Source: a virus. Taken from it: a DNA stretch of 64,000 nucleotides. Shown here piece by piece: positions 19,151-28,952 of this stretch. A model generated the notes under the pieces. It had not been told where the DNA came from. It ran no database searches and worked only from the letters and a program-made list of their open reading frames with translations. The position numbers were made by a program, and so were the translations under genes. Position 1 is the stretch's first letter; every line of letters begins with the position of its first letter. Where the stretch lies: the IMG/VR virus record IMGVR_UViG_3300031455_000001, positions 91,346 through 155,345 of that record. One strand, given 5' to 3'.

Positions 19151-19636
19151 ATGGCAAATTCAACTTTACAATTCAAAATTAATGATGGTCAATTGATTTT
19201 GCAAAATACAAAATGTATTATCGATGAGGTTAAATCTGCAACTTCATCATCAACAGCGTATATCTTTGACATACCATCTATAAAGAGGTCTATTAAGCAA
19301 TCAACCAAAGGCAAGGCGATGTCTGTAGCACCATTTTTAGTTCTAGGTGTCGGTGCAGGAACAACAGATGGAGTTTTTTGGCAAGTATTTATGCAATATA
19401 TCTTCCCGTGGCTCACTGACATAGCTAAGGTTTACTGTGCAATTAGAATAGCACAAGCGTTTTACCAAGAAAAAAGAGGTGGGCGTGATGAAGGAACAGG
19501 TTTCTCTGCCTTCGTGACGTATGGTAAATGGCTGTTACTTTTCCACATATTGCCATTTGGTGTTGAGTTAATCGATCAGATAGGTGAGAAAATGTGGATT
19601 GATTTAAAGAATGACCACATAAATATCAGTCAATAA
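19151..19636 (+). CDS. Pilin-like (VirB2/TrbC-like) membrane protein
   Basis: Two hydrophobic helices separated by a charged Gly loop; gene context. Confidence 0.45.
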   Translation: MANSTLQFKINDGQLILQNTKCIIDEVKSATSSSTAYIFDIPSIKRSIKQSTKGKAMSVAPFLVLGVGAGTTDGVFWQVFMQYIFPWLTDIAKVYCAIRIAQAFYQEKRGGRDEGTGFSAFVTYGKWLLLFHILPFGVELIDQIGEKMWIDLKNDHINISQ

Positions 19637-19674
19637 TTTGAGTTGTCAATCCAAAAGTAAGGATGTGACATGAT

Positions 19675-20421
19675 ATGAAGGTTAAATTGAATGGAAATGA
19701 TTTCTATGAAATTTCTGCTCCCTTTGGAGATGTGAGTAATATTCATCCCACAGGTCATACTGGAGTTGATTTAATTATGGAGGCAGGGACAAAATTATTC
19801 AGCCCTGTTGATGGAATTGTAGAGAGAATTGTAGATTATGGTAATGAGAATATAGGTAGAGGAATAATAATAAAAACAGATAGTGGTGAGAGCGTCATAA
19901 TGGGTCATCTAAGCGACATTAAGGTCAATATAGGTCAGAGTATTAGTCAAGGTGATTTCGTAGCTCTATCAGGCAATACGGGCTTCTCTACAGGAGATCA
20001 TCTTCACCTTGGATTGAAGGATGAAAACGGAGGGTTCATTGACCCAGATTCACTACTAGAAGTAGATCAGGAAATAAAGTTATTTGAGAAATTCTTGGAA
20101 AACGGTAAAATAAACCAATATTCCAATGACTCGTTAAAAGATAAAGGTATGTGGGAGTTTTTTAACGATTGGAGAAAAGAAGGATTTTTTGAAGCTATGT
20201 ATGACAAACCTTTTTCTGAAGTTTTAAAGGATTTCTTTCTAGATTTGCTTTATGAAATCTCAATGTTCTTTTTGGCTCATGGTAATTTATTCTTGTTATT
20301 CCCAGCTATAGCTATCATGTTTTTAACTTTTCTCATAGGGCGAAATAAATACACTAAGTGGATTATACCTTTATGGTTCGGATACTTTGTAAGTACGGTT
20401 CTTTACAGAATATATGGATAG
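19675..20421 (+). CDS. M23 peptidoglycan endopeptidase with C-terminal transmembrane helices
   Basis: HTGVD and HLH M23 motifs; hydrophobic C-terminus. Confidence 0.85.
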   Translation: MKVKLNGNDFYEISAPFGDVSNIHPTGHTGVDLIMEAGTKLFSPVDGIVERIVDYGNENIGRGIIIKTDSGESVIMGHLSDIKVNIGQSISQGDFVALSGNTGFSTGDHLHLGLKDENGGFIDPDSLLEVDQEIKLFEKFLENGKINQYSNDSLKDKGMWEFFNDWRKEGFFEAMYDKPFSEVLKDFFLDLLYEISMFFLAHGNLFLLFPAIAIMFLTFLIGRNKYTKWIIPLWFGYFVSTVLYRIYG

Positions 20422-20436
20422 GAGTGGGCATTACTA

Positions 20437-20520
20437 TTATTTTTTTATATTGCTCAATTTCAATACCTTAAAATTATTGAATGTCTTGCCAGTTAAATCA
20501 TATTTTCTTTTTCTAGTCAT
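20437..20520 (-). pseudogene. Truncated homing-endonuclease N-terminus
   Basis: MTRKRKYDLTGKTFNNFKV... with AGGAGG RBS and its own promoter; stops after 27 aa. Confidence 0.5.
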
Positions 20521-20541
20521 TCTGCCACCTCCTATGTTTAT

Positions 20542-20570
20542 ATTATACTATAATTTATTGCATTTGTAAA
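20542..20570 (-). promoter_or_regulatory. Sigma-A promoter antisense to the M23 and pilin-like genes
   Basis: TTTACA-17-TATAAT. Confidence 0.65.
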
Positions 20571-20605
20571 ATAAATATGTTAAATACGAAAGGGGATTAT
20601 GAATT

Positions 20606-20755
20606 ATGGAGATGCTTCTTTTAGCTAAGGTTGGTCTTGTTATTGATGGTGTTGTAAAGTGCGGTTATCTGTTGGCGGGGAGCTACCTTGTTAGAACAGG
20701 TGTGAAATATGTTCAAGATTATAAACTATCTGTAGCCAACGAAAGAGGTGAGTAG
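20606..20755 (+). CDS. Small membrane protein (49 aa, not in the ORF track)
   Basis: MEMLLLAKVGLVIDGVVKCGYLLAGSYLVRTGVKYVQDY...; ends 1 nt before the ATPase ATG at 20757. Confidence 0.55.
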   Translation: MEMLLLAKVGLVIDGVVKCGYLLAGSYLVRTGVKYVQDYKLSVANERGE

Positions 20756-23564
20756 TATGACAACAACTATTCAACCTCTGCCGCAATATCAGCTTCCTAT
20801 GGTTATAAAACAACCAAAAAAGAGATCGTTTAAAATCAAGGAGTTTATGGATATGTATAGAGAGCCAGTTATCACTTTTTGTATTACTCCAAATAACGCA
20901 CCTGAAGTTCAGCGTGAAAGAGGGTCTAGGCATAAGAGGTATTCTGATTTTGAAGAAGAGATATTCATGGATAAAACTAAGTCAGACCTCTTACTGAATA
21001 CGATTAATGGTTTATTCGCAAAGTTCTATGCACCAGAAAGAGTAAGACTCTCTAGAGATGGTGTAAGAATAAAAATGAACGATGTCGTCAGTTACAAAAT
21101 TGCCATTAGTAATGGTCAAATGAAGTTTTATTTAACAGTCCCTAAAAAATGGTCTAAAAGTTTTAAGTCTGCAATAATCAGAGATTGGGGTCAAGTGGAT
21201 ATCACAGAGGTAGAAGAGAAAATTATTGAATTTAATCCTTCAAAAGCAAAAGCAATGGAGATCCATTTGCGTCATCATTATGCCTTATCTTTAAAACATG
21301 AGAAAAAACAAGAAGATTCGCTCTACTCCTCTTTAGCATCTTTAGCGTCTACTATGGGTGATGACGACAAGTTACTAATTGATTATAATATAGAACCAAT
21401 AAACGGAGTGTGGAAAGGCAAGGCAATGAAAAAGATTAGAGATTTTAAAAATGGCAAAACACCTGCAAGAGAAGATGCTTTAACAGTAAGTGGAGTTATA
21501 GGTAAAGTTTTTGATGTATTTAATGTCATATTTGATGAATTTATTTTGATGATAGAAGAAATCATGGGATCAAAAGATGAAAAAGCGCTAAAGAAAGATC
21601 AATTATTTGACTTGCAATATAGTGACAATAAAGTACATGCAAACTCCAACGGATACAAAGTCCAAATCAGAGTATTGGGTGAATCTGAAGATGAGAAAAA
21701 AGTAAAATATGCTTTTAGAAATATTGAAAATTCTTTCTCATTACTCAATGGCGATAATAAATTTTCAATAACTCACATCAAAACAAAGCGTGGGATTAAA
21801 TCAATTATCAAAGCAGTAGAAGAAAATAGACCAATACTGAATAGAACTACCGATGTGTATTTTGAAAAGGAAATGAGCAACATTCTTAAAATACCAAGCA
21901 AATCTACTCTCAGAGAGTATGGAAATGTTATTATGCAAGATAATTTTACTCGAACAGAAATAGGTGACGATTTCTTTATTGATGAATTTGGTGCAATTCC
22001 ATTTGGTTACACATTAGAGAAAGAGTCAAGAAGATTGTTATTTGGCGGATATCAACGTGAAGATTGGACTCCAAAAGGTAGATGCGTAAAAGACAAGGTT
22101 GTTAAGTTAGACGATCGTAGTACAGCTACAATGGTGTTCGGTTCAATGGGGTCGGGGAAGACATCTTTATCTGAAAATCAAGCACTTTATACTTTTGGTG
22201 CGCATATAAAAGATTATGAAGAATGGAAAAAACAAAGTAAGTCAGTAGTTGTTTTCGATGTTGCCGATGGAAGCATGGTAAACAATATTTACAACCACAT
22301 TCCAGACCACTTAAAGTCTAGAGTTATACTGTTAAACCATTCTAACTTTAACAATCCAATTGGTGTTAATAATGCTGATTTAGCAGAATTTAACACAGAT
22401 GTTATGAATGATGAAGACTATGCTTATACACTTGCCGAAATGGAAGCTAAATTAGTGTTAGAGATTCTTAAGTCAGACAAGACTATGGCTATGGACAGAT
22501 GGTTCACATCTTCTCTTCAAGCCGTACACTCAGTCAACAAGGATTGGGGCTATATAGAGGCGATGCGAACGCTTATAGATGACGACTTTAGAGCAACAGA
22601 AATCATACCATATTTAGAAAATAAAAGGTTAAAACTGGAGATGAAAACTTACCATAAACTAGCCACAAAGGGAGAAGCAAAAACAATTATTCAAACCATA
22701 GAAAATAGATTTAGCCAGCTGGAAAGAGATCAAAAACTGTGGGATTGCATAGCCCAGAAACCATTAAGAGATGAAGATGGCAAAGTTAAATTAAATTTTA
22801 GAAAAATGATGGATGGAGATGAAGATGGCGCATATATGATACTCGTTTACATCCCTAAATCAGGAGTATCTAATTTGTATAGAAAATTCGTATTTTCTCA
22901 TTATTTCACTAAAGTTTGGAACGTCTTATTGTCAAGAGAAGTAGGATTTGGAGGTCGAGAATACAGACCAGAAACATTAATCATAATAGATGAAATTCAT
23001 CAGATAGTCGATATACCAATTGTGGCAAAGCTGTTTGTTGATTTATTTAAAGAGCCTAGAAAATACTCTGGACGATACTGGTTTACGTTGCACGGCTGGT
23101 CATCCCTTGCCAAGGCTGGTCGAGGTTTAGAGGGTGATATAAAACAGTCTATCATGGACAATGGTTGCAACTTGATAATGCTCAAAGGTGGAGGAGAGGC
23201 TTTTAGCAGTCTGTCCGACTTCCTACAACCAATGACTATAGCAGATTTTAACAACCTCATGAACATGGAGTTTTGTGGAATATTCGCTCTCAGATGGGCA
23301 AATAAAAATCACGTTTTTCAAGCAAGAATGTTGCCTGATCTAAAGGAAAACAAAGACTTTAAAAAATTCAGCAATGCTGATTCTGACTTCCTAACCAAAT
23401 ACTCATCCGAATATGGATTGTCAAAACAAGAAGTTCGTGATGATAACCTTGAGCGTAGCTATTCTATGATTGAAAATTCTATTGTGAACAGCTTTGCAGA
23501 AGATGTGAGTGAGCAAGATTTAAGTCAATTAGAAAGTATCGGAAAAGAGGGCTTCAAAAAATAG
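20748..23564 (+). CDS. VirB4/VirD4/HerA-superfamily ATPase
   Basis: Walker A GSMGSGKT, VVVFD, Walker B IIIDEIH, KEPRKY arginine-finger-like motif. Confidence 0.8.
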   Translation: MSSMTTTIQPLPQYQLPMVIKQPKKRSFKIKEFMDMYREPVITFCITPNNAPEVQRERGSRHKRYSDFEEEIFMDKTKSDLLLNTINGLFAKFYAPERVRLSRDGVRIKMNDVVSYKIAISNGQMKFYLTVPKKWSKSFKSAIIRDWGQVDITEVEEKIIEFNPSKAKAMEIHLRHHYALSLKHEKKQEDSLYSSLASLASTMGDDDKLLIDYNIEPINGVWKGKAMKKIRDFKNGKTPAREDALTVSGVIGKVFDVFNVIFDEFILMIEEIMGSKDEKALKKDQLFDLQYSDNKVHANSNGYKVQIRVLGESEDEKKVKYAFRNIENSFSLLNGDNKFSITHIKTKRGIKSIIKAVEENRPILNRTTDVYFEKEMSNILKIPSKSTLREYGNVIMQDNFTRTEIGDDFFIDEFGAIPFGYTLEKESRRLLFGGYQREDWTPKGRCVKDKVVKLDDRSTATMVFGSMGSGKTSLSENQALYTFGAHIKDYEEWKKQSKSVVVFDVADGSMVNNIYNHIPDHLKSRVILLNHSNFNNPIGVNNADLAEFNTDVMNDEDYAYTLAEMEAKLVLEILKSDKTMAMDRWFTSSLQAVHSVNKDWGYIEAMRTLIDDDFRATEIIPYLENKRLKLEMKTYHKLATKGEAKTIIQTIENRFSQLERDQKLWDCIAQKPLRDEDGKVKLNFRKMMDGDEDGAYMILVYIPKSGVSNLYRKFVFSHYFTKVWNVLLSREVGFGGREYRPETLIIIDEIHQIVDIPIVAKLFVDLFKEPRKYSGRYWFTLHGWSSLAKAGRGLEGDIKQSIMDNGCNLIMLKGGGEAFSSLSDFLQPMTIADFNNLMNMEFCGIFALRWANKNHVFQARMLPDLKENKDFKKFSNADSDFLTKYSSEYGLSKQEVRDDNLERSYSMIENSIVNSFAEDVSEQDLSQLESIGKEGFKK

Positions 23565-23577
23565 CTTTTTATTCTTT

Positions 23578-23606
23578 ATTATATCATTATATTTTATGAT
23601 TGTCAA
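23578..23606 (-). promoter_or_regulatory. Consensus sigma-A promoter antisense to the ATPase gene
   Basis: TTGACA-17-TATAAT with extended TG. Confidence 0.7.
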
Positions 23607-23612
23607 GAAAGG

Positions 23613-24476
23613 ATGCTATATAATATGAAAAAGAGGGCATCTTGGAATGAGAGAGAACATGTGGATAGGATAACTTTAGATTGGGTAAAGACTAATTGCA
23701 GGTTGACAGGGAGAGAGATTAGTCTATTGCAATTAGTCTATGACCGCAAGCTAGTGAGAAGAGATCATTTGGAAATAATAAGCGAACAATACCGTAACAC
23801 AGGTGACAACAGAAGCATTTTATTAAATAGGGCAATAAGGAAAATGTATCGTTGCATGTGTCTTGATAAGGTTCATGAAAAACAAGAAATAGGAAAAGGG
23901 AACAGTCCTTGCATAGTAGCGTTGGACAGGGCGGGTTCACTGCTATTAAATGTTTCTCATAGGAAGAGAATAGCACAGCGTAAAGTTACTCACAAGGGGA
24001 GAACTTATGTTCTTAGAACATTACCTTTGAACTATAAACACATAAATGGAGTCAATCAAATTGAGGTAGATACAATATTATCTGGTAATAAAATAGTTCA
24101 ATGGAGACATGAAATTGGAATAAAATTCTTATATGGTGATGAGGAGATACTTGTGATATCAGATGTCTTAATGGAGTTAAAAGTTAAAGAAAAATCATTA
24201 TTTATTTTCTTAGAGTACGATACTGGATCGGAAGATATGGGGAATCGAAATACTTTTCCAACAATCCACGATAAATTGATCAAATATAGAAAATACAAGA
24301 ACTCACAATTATGGAGTGAGAATTATCCTTATTTCCCAATAATCCTGCTTGTTACAGAAGATGGCAATCGTATACCCTACTTCAATCAAAAATGTAAAGA
24401 ATTGGGTTTGCAAGGCTTTGGTGTTTATCACAAAAATTATGTAAATTTCTTAAGGCACTTAGTGAATATCATTTAA
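23613..24476 (+). CDS. Replication-relaxation (Replic_Relax) family protein
   Basis: N-terminal wHTH, H-x2-G-x-N, SD, FLEYDTGSE and KLIKY motifs. Confidence 0.8.
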   Translation: MLYNMKKRASWNEREHVDRITLDWVKTNCRLTGREISLLQLVYDRKLVRRDHLEIISEQYRNTGDNRSILLNRAIRKMYRCMCLDKVHEKQEIGKGNSPCIVALDRAGSLLLNVSHRKRIAQRKVTHKGRTYVLRTLPLNYKHINGVNQIEVDTILSGNKIVQWRHEIGIKFLYGDEEILVISDVLMELKVKEKSLFIFLEYDTGSEDMGNRNTFPTIHDKLIKYRKYKNSQLWSENYPYFPIILLVTEDGNRIPYFNQKCKELGLQGFGVYHKNYVNFLRHLVNII

Positions 24477-24485
24477 GTGCCTTAA
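24450..24485. terminator. Hairpin between convergent genes
   Basis: TTAAGGCACTTA/TAAGTGCCTTAA. Confidence 0.6.
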
Positions 24486-24591
24486 ATTTGCGATTTAAAC
24501 CATTATTTTTTGTTTTAATACTTAGGTATTCAAATCTATTTAAAATTCAACCTAGACCCCTTAGAATCGATTTAAAGGGCATATAGGGGTA

Positions 24592-25632
24592 TTACATAAC
24601 CCCTAGCTTTTGCAACAACTTAATCTGCGTTGTTCTATCTACGTTCTTAATTAGCCCTAAAAGGTCGTCAGTTGACAGTCGATCAAACTCTTCCACGGGT
24701 ATTTTAGTATTAATATCAACTGTTACAAGCTCCTCTAGATTCTTCTTAGCCATATAATCATTCAGAGTAGTAGAGACATTATTGTGATCTCCATGTTGTT
24801 GCATGGCTTTAATATCTCCGCCTGTGATAATATTTACTTCGTTGATTGATGCCTTCTTGATTGAGTGGAAAACAATCTTCCTGTTACCAAAGTCAATGTT
24901 ATCTCTGATATACTTCATCATCTTAGATATTGTTTTATCCGTCAACTCGAATATATTATCGCTATCTTTAGTTCTAGCCTCCTTGTAGCTCATCAAAGCT
25001 TTATACAGGTCGTTTGAGATCTTCTTATGTGACCACTTATTACCCTTCCCTAAAACCTTCATAAACCACACACCATCGATGTTTATAATCTGATCCCATT
25101 TTGCTGTGCGAATAGAATCCTTACGGAAGGCGGTAGCATAAGCAACTCTCACCAATAGTGATTTCTCCAAGCCTTTACGAGTGGTTGACACCAGATTAAT
25201 TATGGCTAATATTTCTTCATGTGTGAGCGTATCATAGCTCTCAACATCATGTTTACCATAGCTCTCAACATCGAACCAAGCTCTTCTAACTTTGAATCCA
25301 TCATCCTCAAACCTTTTGTATAACTCCCTCAGTGATGAAAATGTATTATTTACAGTCCCACCTTTGTACTGCTCCTTTAACGCAACTTGATACGATCCAA
25401 TTTGGCTAGGAGTAAATATTAAATCATCTGGGTTTAAATCCTTTAACTCCTTACCTCTCATTGTTTTAAAAAAATCACGTATTGATCTTTCATATGTTCC
25501 TCTTGTGTTCTCACTATTCTGCGCCTTGCGTGAAAGGTAGGTATGAATTGTTGCATAAACATTTTCTCCTTCAGTTTTCGGATTCAATTGTCTCACTGCA
25601 CCTAGTTTAGCCATTACATCAATCCTCCTCAA
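24592..25632 (-). CDS. Tyrosine-recombinase-fold protein (likely start MAKLG at 25614)
   Basis: TAFR, KGNK, FHSIKK (HxxR changed to HxxK), GDH, DY; own TTGACA-17-TATAAT promoter at 25653-25681. Confidence 0.8.
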   Translation of the reverse strand: MRRIDVMAKLGAVRQLNPKTEGENVYATIHTYLSRKAQNSENTRGTYERSIRDFFKTMRGKELKDLNPDDLIFTPSQIGSYQVALKEQYKGGTVNNTFSSLRELYKRFEDDGFKVRRAWFDVESYGKHDVESYDTLTHEEILAIINLVSTTRKGLEKSLLVRVAYATAFRKDSIRTAKWDQIINIDGVWFMKVLGKGNKWSHKKISNDLYKALMSYKEARTKDSDNIFELTDKTISKMMKYIRDNIDFGNRKIVFHSIKKASINEVNIITGGDIKAMQQHGDHNNVSTTLNDYMAKKNLEELVTVDINTKIPVEEFDRLSTDDLLGLIKNVDRTTQIKLLQKLGVM

Positions 25633-25703
25633 ATTATATAAATCATAATTTTATTATACTATACTTTTTGTTAATTGTCAATGAAAAATTGATGCTATTT
25701 TTA

Positions 25704-25855
25704 GCAGGTAGTCTAGGTATCGTAGATATCAATATACTTAAGATTATATATATTATATTTATATATACTATATTTTTATATATTATATTTATTATAATTA
25801 TATATATTATATATAGGTATAGTATATTGATATTTACGATACCTAGACTACCTGC
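25704..25855. repeat. 35-bp inverted repeat flanking an 82-bp almost pure A/T core
   Basis: Arms 25704-25738 and 25821-25855 differ at 1 of 35 positions. Confidence 0.9.
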
Positions 25856-25866
25856 CTAATTTGCTA

Positions 25867-26733
25867 TCAAATACCCCTCCAAATATATTCGTTAGGACTC
25901 ATTTGGTGATCAGTATTACCCCCTCTGTTTGCCACCCATCCAGAATGGTTAACGGATATATATTTCTTCTTTTTCAACTTTTTCAAATGACAATAAAATG
26001 TTCTGTTGCTGATTCCTGTCTCTAACAATATTTTGTATAAAGTTATGGCTCTTAGATTGTTTTTGTACCCTTTGCATTTCGACTTGATATAGCAGTACAA
26101 CATTAGATCAGTGTTGTCGAGGTCATCGCTGAATACAATAGATAAAAATTCATGTATGTTAATGCTGTGTGTATTTTCGAAACTGTAAAGAGTTCCATAG
26201 TCATTTTCTCCATATGCATCTGTCGTCATGAATAAAGGCTCTTTAACTTCATAGTTGCGATTCTTGACAAGTGACCTGTATGAATTATAATTTATGTCGT
26301 TAGCTGAATCATCAATACAAACAAACTCCAACAATGACACACCATTGATTTTCTCATCTTCGCGACTATAAGATCTTACTGGATAATTCTTTATGGTATT
26401 AGTGATCTGTAGTTGATCCAGCAGTCCTCCCTTTTTTATAAGTTTATCTACACTCTTTGTTTTTCTGCTATAACCCAATATTGATTTGATGTCACCATTT
26501 TGTACATAGGTATGATTCTCTACGTCAACAAAATGGCAATATTTATACAGGAACGACACAGTTAATATATAAGCGTAAGAGAATGCTATTTGCTGAGCAT
26601 TTACATTATTGTTTTCATCCTTATTCATTCCCGACAATGTTTTGAAGATACTGTTGGGAATCCTCACATTCGCCTCTCTGCCGTATAGATACTTTAAATT
26701 TTCAAAGTGTTCTCTCATTCCATACTCCCCCAT
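25867..26733 (-). CDS. Putative replication-initiator-like protein with C-terminal wHTH
   Basis: LYCYIK...ETGISNRTFYCHLKKLKKKKYI HTH pattern; abuts the inverted repeat. Confidence 0.5.
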   Translation of the reverse strand: MGEYGMREHFENLKYLYGREANVRIPNSIFKTLSGMNKDENNNVNAQQIAFSYAYILTVSFLYKYCHFVDVENHTYVQNGDIKSILGYSRKTKSVDKLIKKGGLLDQLQITNTIKNYPVRSYSREDEKINGVSLLEFVCIDDSANDINYNSYRSLVKNRNYEVKEPLFMTTDAYGENDYGTLYSFENTHSINIHEFLSIVFSDDLDNTDLMLYCYIKSKCKGYKNNLRAITLYKILLETGISNRTFYCHLKKLKKKKYISVNHSGWVANRGGNTDHQMSPNEYIWRGI

Positions 26734-26813
26734 TTTTCTGTAAACCTTTTTGTATTATATCATTATTTTTTGCTAATGTCAAGGGTTGGAAAGGATTTAT
26801 GTAGCATAGTTCT

Positions 26814-27233
26814 TTGACAATTGAAACAAATAATGATATAATAATATTAGAAGGTAAGACTTCTAGAGAGGAAGTGGGGATTATTGGAGTCAAATTAGAT
26901 GATGAATTAATCGTCACTTACGACAAACTCTACAGAGACAATGTTAGCATTGATTACATTGATAAAAAAAATATCATAAATGAAAAAAATGCAGTATTAC
27001 TTTCCCGACTGTATATGTTATCGCAATTAACGATAGGTGAGTTTGTTTATAAATCAATATATATAAAAAGAAAAGAGTTCGATTTGATGTGGAAGACATA
27101 TAAAAGAGTGGCAATTGAAAACAACTTAAGACCCACTGTAGAAAATGGTAACCTCATCTTCAACCATACTTTAAGAAGTCAAATAAGAACTGTAGGGGAT
27201 AAATTTATTTTGAAAGGTGAAAGAGATGAGTGA
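26814..27233 (+). CDS. Hypothetical protein
   Basis: ORF track; start uncertain. Confidence 0.5.
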   Translation: MTIETNNDIIILEGKTSREEVGIIGVKLDDELIVTYDKLYRDNVSIDYIDKKNIINEKNAVLLSRLYMLSQLTIGEFVYKSIYIKRKEFDLMWKTYKRVAIENNLRPTVENGNLIFNHTLRSQIRTVGDKFILKGERDE

Positions 27234-27618
27234 AAGTATTTATAGCAATGTAAACCTTTCTGATACTGATGTTGTTAAATTTTTATTATTAAGCAGATAT
27301 AGCTTAGACAATTACTACAACGAACAATCCAATGATTACTTTGATGTTGCAGGTGTGACAGGGATTGTTGATCAAGAGCTGATGTCTTTGTTCGCATCGC
27401 TAGACGAAATCATAAAAAAATTGGAATTAACAAAAAGACAGATAGCTATTTTGAAATTACTGGAGTGCGGATTTACATTCTCTGATATCGGAAAAAACAA
27501 CTCGACAAAGATGAGAAGAGAAAGTGCAGTAAAGTCATTTAATGCGATATGTGCTAAAATTGTGCAGGAAAATGATTCCAAATGGAAGCAGACAGTCAAG
27601 AAGGGATTAGTAAAATGA
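27217..27618 (+). CDS. Sigma-70 region 4-like HTH protein
   Basis: LTKRQIAILKLLECGFTFSDIG. Confidence 0.6.
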   Translation: MKEMSESIYSNVNLSDTDVVKFLLLSRYSLDNYYNEQSNDYFDVAGVTGIVDQELMSLFASLDEIIKKLELTKRQIAILKLLECGFTFSDIGKNNSTKMRRESAVKSFNAICAKIVQENDSKWKQTVKKGLVK

Positions 27619-28358
27619 AAGAAATTAAGTCAGAAATTTTAATGGAAGAGGGGTTTGTTGGTTATAAATTATCTCTGTATGAAGATGGGACAGTTTCGTT
27701 GTATAACGAGAATGGTAATTTGATAACAGACACCTTTGATAGGAATGGATTTTGTACATATTTTTCAAATGACAGTGGTGAATTTATTTATAAACATATG
27801 CTCATAGTTAAGTATTTATTCAACGGCAGTGACAATTGCAGAGTTAAGTTCCTTGATGGAGACAATACAAACCTCAACATAAATAATATGGTATTGTGTG
27901 ATATGAAGGATTACAGAGCTATTCAGATAGAGTTATCGAAAAATCATGATGAGATGATGGCAGATAGAAAAAAGAAAAGTAGAGAAAAAAAGTTACAAAA
28001 CACAGTCCACAAAGCTACTTACAATGAAGAGGATGTATTTTATCAAGTAAAGCTACCCAATGGAGACAAGCATAAATTGATAAAGAATGTGTCAATTGAA
28101 GAGAAGAAGTTGATTGTTGAGAGTCTTTTAGCGCAATGGGATGATGTCATACTTGAGAATTGGAATAGCAATTCAATCACTTTCTTTCTTGACTCTTTAG
28201 CTAACTATCTAGTCTGGCACAACGACAAAGATGAAATAAGAAAAAGAAATGGCGAGATACTTTCCAATCGCAAAAACAACAAAATGGTTGGGTTGGAGAG
28301 AGATAGTAACCTGTCTTATCTTGAAGCCGATGAAGATAAAAGAGAGAGGTTTTACTGA
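27582..28358 (+). CDS. Hypothetical protein with a degenerate HNH_3-like N-terminal domain
   Basis: VKFLDGDNTNLNINNM lacks the catalytic His. Confidence 0.5.
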   Translation: MEADSQEGISKMKEIKSEILMEEGFVGYKLSLYEDGTVSLYNENGNLITDTFDRNGFCTYFSNDSGEFIYKHMLIVKYLFNGSDNCRVKFLDGDNTNLNINNMVLCDMKDYRAIQIELSKNHDEMMADRKKKSREKKLQNTVHKATYNEEDVFYQVKLPNGDKHKLIKNVSIEEKKLIVESLLAQWDDVILENWNSNSITFFLDSLANYLVWHNDKDEIRKRNGEILSNRKNNKMVGLERDSNLSYLEADEDKRERFY

Positions 28359-28361
28359 GTT

Positions 28362-28655
28362 ATGACAAATGCAAAATTAAATGAAGTATATAGCAAGTTT
28401 AAAAAAAGCGACAATAATGAGATCAAATGGTGTTATGTAAATACAGAAAATGAGTTTGAGTTTTTAGGAAGCACTTACATTATCGATAATACCGTTGAAC
28501 AATATAAAGTATATAATAAATCAGGAGATGTTGAAAACTACACTAATGAGGCTTACATGGAGCAAATTCTAGCAGTGTTAAGTTTCGGTGAACTTCACTT
28601 CTTCGACCAATATGGTGAATGTATAAATAACGATTTAATAGGTATGGTGAGTTAG
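28362..28655 (+). CDS. Hypothetical protein
   Basis: ORF in operon. Confidence 0.55.
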   Translation: MTNAKLNEVYSKFKKSDNNEIKWCYVNTENEFEFLGSTYIIDNTVEQYKVYNKSGDVENYTNEAYMEQILAVLSFGELHFFDQYGECINNDLIGMVS

Positions 28656-28952
28656 TTGAAGTTGTCTGAATTGAAACACAGTGTGTGGGAAGATGAACGT
28701 GTAAGAAAGATGGGAATACGTAAGGGTGAGATAAAAATAATTGTGGATGTAGTCATAGAAAAAATTGTTGAAGGTCTTTTTATTTATGGATGCGTCAAAC
28801 TTAAAGGCTTATTTACTTTAGAAATAAGAAGAGCAAAAGGTCGAAGAATTACAAATCCACAAACAGGAAAAGAAATGCATTCTAAAGATTATAACAAAAT
28901 CGGGATAATACCATCAGAGAAAGTAAAGAGTGGTCTTAAAAATTTCGAGTAA
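28656..28952 (+). CDS. HU/IHF-like DNA-binding protein
   Basis: VKLKGLFTL...R.ITNPQTGKEM arm motif. Confidence 0.8.
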   Translation: MKLSELKHSVWEDERVRKMGIRKGEIKIIVDVVIEKIVEGLFIYGCVKLKGLFTLEIRRAKGRRITNPQTGKEMHSKDYNKIGIIPSEKVKSGLKNFE

